DNA of 64,000 nucleotides. Origin: Bacteroidaceae bacterium. Lineage in GTDB: Bacteria; Bacteroidota; Bacteroidia; Bacteroidales; Bacteroidaceae. Below, one piece after another: positions 29,395-35,951 of the stretch. How positions within the stretch are numbered: position 1 is the stretch's first letter; each line of letters opens with the position of its first letter. The stretch spans positions 4,600 to 68,599 of the forward strand of contig JAFZPZ010000004.1 in the NCBI GenBank assembly GCA_017552435.1, read 5' to 3'. The notes under the pieces are model-generated. The model was not told the origin of the DNA and searched no databases. It saw only the letters and a list, made by a program, of their open reading frames with translations. The translations under genes and the position numbers were made by a program.

Positions 29395-30561
29395 TTAATT
29401 GAAACAAAGAAGTTTTTTTGCCTCGAACGGCCTTTTCCGATATTCCGGCACAAGGGAGCAGAGAATAAACTTCACTTTATCGTAATTCTCAATTAAATAC
29501 TGGTAACTCCTGATGAGGCAATCCGGCTTGATGTCATTGACGCAATCGACAACAAGTTCTTCAGGAAGTTGAAGGTCGCGGGCGATGCCCTTTGATTTGA
29601 TGGAATACCCGAGGGCAATAGCAGGTGTACAAGTGGCATATGCGGATATCACAGCGTGAGTACGGCCCCCTATAAAACAATAGCATTGGGATATCACATA
29701 ACGAATCTGCTGGTAGTTGAGTTTCTCACTATCGAGGAGACTCAGCCTATCCGCATAGTCCGAATATCGTCCAGCAATAAGATGGGAGATGATTCGGTCG
29801 TCCTGCCCCTGCCAGAACACATGCGGCACGAGGAGTATATGCTTATCCGTTTTGGTAAGGATATAGTCAAGAAACTTGATGACTTCTATTCCAAAAGCAG
29901 TATCGAGCGTGTCTGCACCGACTGTATAGTTAGACAAATTGAGTCCGATGACATCACCCCTTGAGAAACATTCAGGAAGTTCCGCCTTTTCTGGTTCCAG
30001 TACAAAGGCAGGATCTGGCAGACACACCATATTCTTCAAGCCCAAACTCTTGAAAAACTCGTATGTCAAGGACTCTCTTGCATAAATTAGCGAGAAATGG
30101 CGCAGTGTCGCTTCCTTCTCGGGTGTAAGGTTACTGGGTCCCATGGAACATCCCCATAGGACTGTTTTCACACCACGCGCATGCATCATCTCGTTGGTCG
30201 TGATAATCTGATTGTTACCATAGCACATCATATCTCCTCCGGTTGATAGCATCACATCATCCGCCGACGCAGGCTTGAGGAACGGAGTGTACTGATCTTC
30301 TACGATATAGTCCTCATAAAAGCCAAAGATGCGCCTTAGCCTTATACGTTTGTTTATCAGCTTGGTTTTCAGGGAAGTCGGACGCGTCGGAACCAATGTC
30401 ACATATTCATCGACACCCAATCGCCTGTCGAGCTCCACATCCATGCAAAGGCCGAGAAGCTTTTCTTTCGGTTCACCCAGAATCAACGCTGTTCCTTTGG
30501 CTATACCCTCACAGCCCCGATTTCCTCCATCCAGATGTATTGGAAAATATATTTTGTGCAT
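29395..30561 (-). CDS. Polysaccharide pyruvyl transferase family protein
   Basis: 388 aa. The N-terminus NRGCEGIAKGT, the length and the locus context are typical of the PS_pyruv_trans (CsaB/WcaK-like) family. Confidence 0.75.
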   Translation of the reverse strand: MHKIYFPIHLDGGNRGCEGIAKGTALILGEPKEKLLGLCMDVELDRRLGVDEYVTLVPTRPTSLKTKLINKRIRLRRIFGFYEDYIVEDQYTPFLKPASADDVMLSTGGDMMCYGNNQIITTNEMMHARGVKTVLWGCSMGPSNLTPEKEATLRHFSLIYARESLTYEFFKSLGLKNMVCLPDPAFVLEPEKAELPECFSRGDVIGLNLSNYTVGADTLDTAFGIEVIKFLDYILTKTDKHILLVPHVFWQGQDDRIISHLIAGRYSDYADRLSLLDSEKLNYQQIRYVISQCYCFIGGRTHAVISAYATCTPAIALGYSIKSKGIARDLQLPEELVVDCVNDIKPDCLIRSYQYLIENYDKVKFILCSLVPEYRKRPFEAKKLLCFN

Positions 30562-30602
30562 TTTAATTTGATAGAAACTATTTGAACGTTAATTACTGCA
30601 AA

Positions 30603-31589
30603 TTATGTTATCAGGTTTTCAATCTTACTCTTTACCCGACAATGTAAGTTGAAGAACAGCTTTTTCTTCGCGAAGAACCTGTATGTCTTCGACACAAATA
30701 ATCTGCGGAACCATTTACGGATAGGAGGATGTGAATTATAAGCCTCTTTACGGATTATTGTAGGCTTTTGGGAATTATATAATAAGTCATAGCTGACCTC
30801 CTTTGCCACGACATACTTGGCTTCTATGGCTTTTTTTATATATTTCTCCCCAAGTTCAGTATATGTGGCGAATAATGTCTGACCGACTGTTTCCGTTGAC
30901 ATGTACTCCTTCAACCAGGGGTCTGCCAATACGATATCGGCGTAACAGTTCAGGGTATTGTTACAACTGAAGCATCTTTTCTGGATAAATAGTCTGGAAT
31001 GAAATATCTCAGTCCAGATAGAATCATTGTTATTCACAAATATCTCCCTTCCACTCTTTGTCTTAATCTGTATTCCGCTAGGCCAGCCGTTTCCCCTGTA
31101 TTGTAACATTGACACCTCGTCTTCGCTTATGCCCAGGCGCGACAACAAATACGATGTCGCTTCCTTGCTTTGTTGTGAAGAACAAGTCAGCCCTATGATA
31201 ACCGCTTCAAAACCTGCTTTTCGGCATATAGCGCGCAACGCTTTTGCCTGACAAGGCAGGGAAAAGAGAATAATCCTGCGCCCGACTGCATCTTGCCTGT
31301 CTTCCCTGAACTCTTCTAAGAACTGTTTCAGGGCTGACATAATGTTCATCTCCTGATAGATGGAACCGGTAATGCTGTAATCTTCGAATTTCGATACGAA
31401 ATGCGGGATATAGCTAATAGACTCTGGGTCGTAGGTAAAACTGAGCGCGTAATCTGCCTGCCCGGTATCAAGCATGTATTTCACCACAGATGAACCGACA
31501 CCACCAGAGGAAGCTTTGTATCTTACTGTTTCATCAGTAGAGTAGCCTATATATGTATGCTTTGACTTTTCCATTTGATCATTTACCAA
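30603..31589 (-). CDS. Coenzyme F420 hydrogenase/dehydrogenase beta-subunit-like (FrhB/FdhB C-terminal domain) protein
   Basis: 328 aa. Contains a YKASSGGVGSSV motif. It sits immediately upstream of a pyruvyl transferase, a recurrent pairing in Bacteroidales capsule loci. Confidence 0.7.
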   Translation of the reverse strand: MVNDQMEKSKHTYIGYSTDETVRYKASSGGVGSSVVKYMLDTGQADYALSFTYDPESISYIPHFVSKFEDYSITGSIYQEMNIMSALKQFLEEFREDRQDAVGRRIILFSLPCQAKALRAICRKAGFEAVIIGLTCSSQQSKEATSYLLSRLGISEDEVSMLQYRGNGWPSGIQIKTKSGREIFVNNNDSIWTEIFHSRLFIQKRCFSCNNTLNCYADIVLADPWLKEYMSTETVGQTLFATYTELGEKYIKKAIEAKYVVAKEVSYDLLYNSQKPTIIRKEAYNSHPPIRKWFRRLFVSKTYRFFAKKKLFFNLHCRVKSKIENLIT

Positions 31590-33147
31590 TTTTTGCCATT
31601 ACATACTTTATCATCTGCGACCTCTCACCTCTGCTTAGGCCTAGTGAATATATCGCCACACATGTCCAGACTAGGCTCGCGGCTATTACAATAACCGATG
31701 TCTGCACCGACCTTTGGGTGAGAAAGAACAATACTCCGGGCAGGGAAACCGCCAACAGTGTGGTCGTTGCTATTGGAATGATAACCTCTGTCAGGTATTT
31801 CCTTAATGGGAAACCGATAAGGCCCTTAATGACGTATAGCTTGAACATCAATGTCAGTATGTAGATTGCTATGCCGATGATATACGATGTATAGACCGGC
31901 ATCCCGACATAAAACGCTGCCCACGACAGGGGGAACATCATATTGACGACAGTACCGACATAGATATAGTATCTCTTTATATTGCCTGTTGCCCATGCTG
32001 CTATGGCTGGGGAATTGCCCAGCAGATCAATCATCGTGATTACAAGCGACAGCCTCAGGAACAAGGGAGCAAATGGGGGGTATTCTGAAAGCCACAGACG
32101 CATGATGAACTCTGCCTCATACATAAAGGGCACAGCAAAGACCAGCATGAGCAGGTAACAGAACTTCGAACTCATGCAGACCAGGCTGTGCGTATAGTTC
32201 AGGTCGCCCGAAGCGTATGACTTCGTGATTTGTGGGTTTATGGCCATTGTGAAATTCGTGGCAAACTGGCGCACGATAAAGTCAACCTGACCAGCGACGC
32301 CTCTTGCCGCATTGGCCGCGACATTGAAGAAGATGTTCGTGATGATGTTCACACCCTGAGTGTTCAGTAGGAACGATGCACTTCCAAAGAAATTCCAGCT
32401 GGCAAAGCCCGTCATCTCCTTTAGGAGGGAATTGTCATGGACGAACCTGTAACGGCATTCCTCGAAGTTCCGCTGGCAATAGGCGCAATACACAAGGCTG
32501 ACAATCCCTGCCACACACATCAGCAGTGCCGCATAGGTGACAAGCTTGTCAAAAGGAGACACGCAAAGGAGATAGACGATGACCAGCTTCAGCGTAACCT
32601 CCAGGATACTGATATATGCAAACACAGACATGCGTTCGTGGGCTATGATGGACGCATTGTACGGAACCGCTATCAGGTTGATGGCAAAGGATACGACGGA
32701 AAAATGGAATACCCAATTGGCCGCAGCCATCCTGTCTGCGGGGATGTTAAGCTTGGAATTCAGAAACCAAACGCCCGCTATTTCCCCGACGGTCAATACG
32801 ATGACAGCCATTGCCATCATGATATTCAGGCTGGAAGAGAAGACTCGCGAGAGTTTTTCCGTATCTCCCTTGCCCAGGCTGAATGTCAAGTATCTGCTAA
32901 TGGCTGCTGACAAGGAACTTGTCAATAGCGAGAACATCGCCACCACGCCGGCAACGACATTATAGACACCATAGTCGTCTATGCCAAGAGTCTTCAGTAC
33001 AATCCGGCTGGTGAACAAACCCACTGCCATTGTCAGGAACAACCTTACGTAGAGCAGTATGGTGTTTTTAACTATGCGCTTATTGTTTGCAGAATAATCT
33101 AACACCTTATTTGGTATCCGTTTAAGTGCGTGCAAATTTACAAACAA
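31579..33147 (-). CDS. wzx: Oligosaccharide/polysaccharide flippase (Wzx, MOP superfamily)
   Basis: 522 aa with about 12-14 TM helices. The N-terminal block KNTILLYVRLFLTMAVGLFTSRIVL is typical of polysaccharide biosynthesis (Wzx) proteins. Confidence 0.75.
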   Translation of the reverse strand: MFVNLHALKRIPNKVLDYSANNKRIVKNTILLYVRLFLTMAVGLFTSRIVLKTLGIDDYGVYNVVAGVVAMFSLLTSSLSAAISRYLTFSLGKGDTEKLSRVFSSSLNIMMAMAVIVLTVGEIAGVWFLNSKLNIPADRMAAANWVFHFSVVSFAINLIAVPYNASIIAHERMSVFAYISILEVTLKLVIVYLLCVSPFDKLVTYAALLMCVAGIVSLVYCAYCQRNFEECRYRFVHDNSLLKEMTGFASWNFFGSASFLLNTQGVNIITNIFFNVAANAARGVAGQVDFIVRQFATNFTMAINPQITKSYASGDLNYTHSLVCMSSKFCYLLMLVFAVPFMYEAEFIMRLWLSEYPPFAPLFLRLSLVITMIDLLGNSPAIAAWATGNIKRYYIYVGTVVNMMFPLSWAAFYVGMPVYTSYIIGIAIYILTLMFKLYVIKGLIGFPLRKYLTEVIIPIATTTLLAVSLPGVLFFLTQRSVQTSVIVIAASLVWTCVAIYSLGLSRGERSQMIKYVMAKIGK

Positions 33148-33175
33148 ATTCCCATATCTGCAAGGTAAAGCTCCA

Positions 33176-34627
33176 TTACTTTATCCTTTTTCCGTCAACA
33201 GAGTAAGTTTCGTCGTTTCGGATGATGTAGAGATGCTTCCCTTGAATGACCTTGTGTGTGTTTGCGTATGTGCAGGTTTGTTCCACCTCCTTTATGCCAT
33301 CTAAAAAAGGATCGTATGTAAAGTCCCCGTCAACAGTATTGAGTGTGGTCATCAGCGAGTCTATTTCTTTTGTTCTTGTCGGGAACCACTCGTGAAGTTT
33401 TCTGTTAGTAGTATTCATGTCGTCCAAACTGACATACCATCTTCTGAAATTTGCTTTTATGGAGCAATCGATTGCCTGTGCCAGTTCGCTTCCTGAGAGT
33501 GATTCGTAGAAGTCTGTGACCTCCGTCATGATTCGCTCCTTCTCTGAGTTCCATATGCGAATCATTTCGCGCGCAAGAAGTTTGTTCGGGCTTGTCCAAA
33601 GCATATATCTGAAATAGTGTACAGCCATGATTGACGTCCATTTGCTAGAAACCTTAAAAACCGAGTCAAAATCCCAAAGTGGTCCCATTTCCAATTCTGA
33701 ATGATTGTTGCGTCGAATGAAGAAAATATTGCTTCCTGCCGAATCGAGAGTCCCTAAAAGTTGGTGTGCCAGAAGCCATCGGGCACAACTCTCTACATCT
33801 ATCAGTTGCGGATATCTTCCCCTCTCTATAGAGGCGTCAAACAGGTCGAGAAAGTACTTGAAATCTCCCAACTGCTCCTCTGTGATTTCATCGCTGTCCG
33901 GGTACTTGAATGTGAATCTATATGGCCAAGAGTTCTTTGAAAGGAGGGTGCTTTCTACATACACATCTTCATTCCACCAATATGCATCCAGTTCAGAGAT
34001 GCATCCAGTCTCCTCATCTATGTCAATTCTGCATTTCTCGTTTCGCTTAATGGTTTCCGTCAAATAGTAGAAACCCCGGAAATTGTCATTGACAATAAGG
34101 TTTACATACTGTCCGGCAGGAATCCAGTCGGAAACCTGGAGAATCTCTGCTACTTTATTACCTATCATTGTGACAATGGGACAGGGATATGTGGAGCCGC
34201 CGGTGGGCCTTATCAACGCCCAGTCCTTATCATTGTTCTTCTTGTCACCGCGCATCAGCAAGTCTGCCTTTTTCTGCAATTTGATTTTGAATGGTTTTTT
34301 CCCATCGAGAGCAGATGTGTTTCCTCTCAGTTTGAATAACATGCCGCTTTTATTCTCGTCGTACTCTCCGCTGTCAAAAACAGGATTCTCTGCATCGCCC
34401 GGATAGAATATCCTGACGCGGCCGGGGACTTTTGTGGCATTTGTGATGCCAACTCCTAAACATCCTGCCGGAGCATCTACCCGTTCTGCTGTCGGTTCTT
34501 CACCGTTTACGGTGTTTACCACCACAACAGGTAGCCCATAGCAAAGTGCCTCCTCCAATGTCTGTGCTCCGACAGCTACCGTGACAAAAGCAAACAGAAT
34601 GGCGAGAATATGCTTCATGTTATCCAC
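33176..34627 (-). CDS. CotH kinase-family protein, secreted
   Basis: 483 aa. Signal peptide (AILFAFVTVAVGAQ). CotH-like blocks are present (YYLTE, NIFFIRRNN, GPLWDFDSVF). Assigned by recognition, not by a search. Confidence 0.6.
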   Translation of the reverse strand: MDNMKHILAILFAFVTVAVGAQTLEEALCYGLPVVVVNTVNGEEPTAERVDAPAGCLGVGITNATKVPGRVRIFYPGDAENPVFDSGEYDENKSGMLFKLRGNTSALDGKKPFKIKLQKKADLLMRGDKKNNDKDWALIRPTGGSTYPCPIVTMIGNKVAEILQVSDWIPAGQYVNLIVNDNFRGFYYLTETIKRNEKCRIDIDEETGCISELDAYWWNEDVYVESTLLSKNSWPYRFTFKYPDSDEITEEQLGDFKYFLDLFDASIERGRYPQLIDVESCARWLLAHQLLGTLDSAGSNIFFIRRNNHSELEMGPLWDFDSVFKVSSKWTSIMAVHYFRYMLWTSPNKLLAREMIRIWNSEKERIMTEVTDFYESLSGSELAQAIDCSIKANFRRWYVSLDDMNTTNRKLHEWFPTRTKEIDSLMTTLNTVDGDFTYDPFLDGIKEVEQTCTYANTHKVIQGKHLYIIRNDETYSVDGKRIK

Positions 34628-34741
34628 TATAATTTACTTTACACTATAATAACGTATTCGAATGGAAAAAAATTATGCACGCAGCATGTTTTTTCGAAGT
34701 GTAATACATTTACAAATATGTTCGGGGCGACCCAGCCTTTG

Positions 34742-34749
34742 CAAAAGTA
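34742..34749 (-). promoter_or_regulatory. -7 promoter box (TACTTTTG) for the CotH-wzx-pyruvylation module
   Basis: The plus strand reads CAAAAGTA, 115 nt upstream of the CotH ATG. Confidence 0.4.
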
Positions 34750-34865
34750 CGACAATTATCGTTATCTGCCAAATTTTTATGCAGAAAGTTGAGAAAAGGC
34801 AGCTCGCTATCTGTCCTTTTTCGTAATTTTCCGCCGGGAATGCGCGGTATGTTAAATATAATTCG

Positions 34866-34873
34866 TAACTTTG
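34866..34873 (+). promoter_or_regulatory. -7 promoter box (TAACTTTG) for the MNT gene
   Basis: tcgTAACTTTGtcc lies 27 nt upstream of the ATG at 34900. Confidence 0.5.
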
Positions 34874-34899
34874 TCCCCGGAATAGTAAAAAAAGCTATT

Positions 34900-35208
34900 A
34901 TGAGCACGACAGTAATGAATCAAACCATTGCCGACTATTTCAAGACGCAACCCGTCCTGAAGGCATGGCTCTTTGGCTCCTTCGCCCGCGGCGAGGAGAC
35001 ACCGCTGAGCGATGTGGATATCCTTTTCGTACCCGACTATTCCGGCAAGCCTTTTACGCTTTTCACCCACGGCGGCATGCTGATGGACTTACAGGAACTG
35101 CTGGGCAGGGAAGTCGATTTGGTGGTGGACGGCACTCTCCGTCCATACGCCGCAGAAACAGCTAATCGCGATAAAATACTGATTTATGAGAGAAAGAGCG
35201 AGGGATAA
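34900..35208 (+). CDS. mntA: MNT-type nucleotidyltransferase (antitoxin of HepT/MNT type VII toxin-antitoxin modules)
   Basis: The ATG at 34900 gives a ~102-aa protein containing GSFARGEETPLSDVDILF, the GSxxRG...DxD polymerase-beta-like NTase motif. Confidence 0.75.
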   Translation: MSTTVMNQTIADYFKTQPVLKAWLFGSFARGEETPLSDVDILFVPDYSGKPFTLFTHGGMLMDLQELLGREVDLVVDGTLRPYAAETANRDKILIYERKSEG

Positions 35209-35362
35209 AGGACGGCTGGAGGACATCAGACTATTTCATCCTGTAGATAACTACCTGGCCTATTGCGAGGACGAGGGCATCGTTTCACAATTCACTTCTG
35301 GCTCCCCGATGGGAAAAGAAACACAGCTCTCACACATTTCAGGAAAAGTCACGCATCAATAA
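35186..35362 (+). pseudogene. Remnant of a HepT (DUF86) toxin gene: only the first ~14 codons are family-like
   Basis: The ATG at 35186 overlaps the MNT 3' end, as in intact MNT-HepT pairs. It encodes MRERARDKGRLEDI and then unrelated sequence to a stop at 35360 (58 aa, against ~115 aa expected). Confidence 0.4.
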
Positions 35363-35477
35363 CATGCCATTATTTGCTGATAAGGGCATGTTATCGGATG
35401 ATAAAGGCATGTTATCGGGTAATAAGGTTTTGTTTTCTGCCTTTTCCTGATTTGACAGAATGTTGCTCGAAAATGGT

Positions 35478-35521
35478 TCAAAAAAAACACTTAACTGTTT
35501 TGTAAGTTTTAGTTAAGTGTT
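35478..35521 (-). terminator. Rho-independent terminator for leftward transcripts (3' end of the LRR gene region)
   Basis: Perfect 11-bp stem: AACACTTAACT (35486-35496) pairs with AGTTAAGTGTT (35511-35521). On the minus strand it is followed by T8 (plus-strand A8 at 35478-35485). Confidence 0.6.
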
Positions 35522-35571
35522 ACAAAATGGCATTTTTTAGGCCCAGTGAGCGAGCTTCTCGACAAGCTATC

Positions 35572-35623
35572 TCATCTATCCATCTAATCCACCTATAATG
35601 TTGTGGATTAGATGGATAGATGA
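35572..35623. repeat. Perfect 21-bp inverted repeat (hairpin H1), loop CTATAATGTT
   Basis: tcatctatccatctaatccac (35572-35592) pairs with gtggattagatggatagatga (35603-35623). Confidence 0.95.
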
Positions 35624-35670
35624 AGAGCCGAGAAAATATAGGGTACGTTTACAAACAAATAAACCTAATT

Positions 35671-35736
35671 ATGTGTGCATGTGCGTGTGTGCAGCCTACT
35701 ATATATATAAAGGCTGCACACACGCACAGCACACAT
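35671..35736. repeat. Inverted repeat of about 26 bp (hairpin H2), loop ACTATATATATAA
   Basis: gtgcgtgtgtgcagcct (35681-35697) pairs perfectly with aggctgcacacacgcac (35711-35727). The stem extends through atgtgtgc (35671-35678) and gcacacat (35729-35736) with a 1-nt bulge. Confidence 0.95.
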
Positions 35737-35850
35737 ACACCTTTTTCTGGAGTGCGGAGGAGATTTTGCTGCTCCGCAGAGAAAAAATATTTCCTCTTCG
35801 CTCCCGCAAAATTTCCAGCGCATTGAAATTTCCGCCGCGGAAAGATGTTT

Positions 35851-35899
35851 GTCGGTCTGTCGGAGCAACCTATATATGTAGTTGCTCCGACAGACCGAC
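35851..35899. repeat. Perfect 19-bp inverted repeat (hairpin H3), loop CTATATATGTA
   Basis: gtcggtctgtcggagcaac (35851-35869) pairs with gttgctccgacagaccgac (35881-35899). It lies 53 nt downstream of the LRR gene stop. Confidence 0.95.
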
Positions 35900-35951
35900 G
35901 AGAATCCGCCAACAAATGCGGGCCCAGCGTATCTGTCTCAAGCAAGGGAAG

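Noticed and set aside
31574-31589. Alternative start (ATG at 31574) for the FrhB-like gene, which would remove the 11-nt overlap with wzx.
   Set aside because: The sequence cannot decide between the two starts. I kept the longer ORF because short overlaps are common throughout this operon.
33865-33878. A 14-nt exact match (reverse complement GGAGCAGTTGGGAG) to the core of the putative operator, inside the CotH-like CDS.
   Set aside because: It is a single partial copy within a coding sequence (encoding EEQLGD). It has no adjacent promoter boxes and lacks the first repeat unit. It could be a chance match or a weak internal site, and the sequence alone cannot support it.
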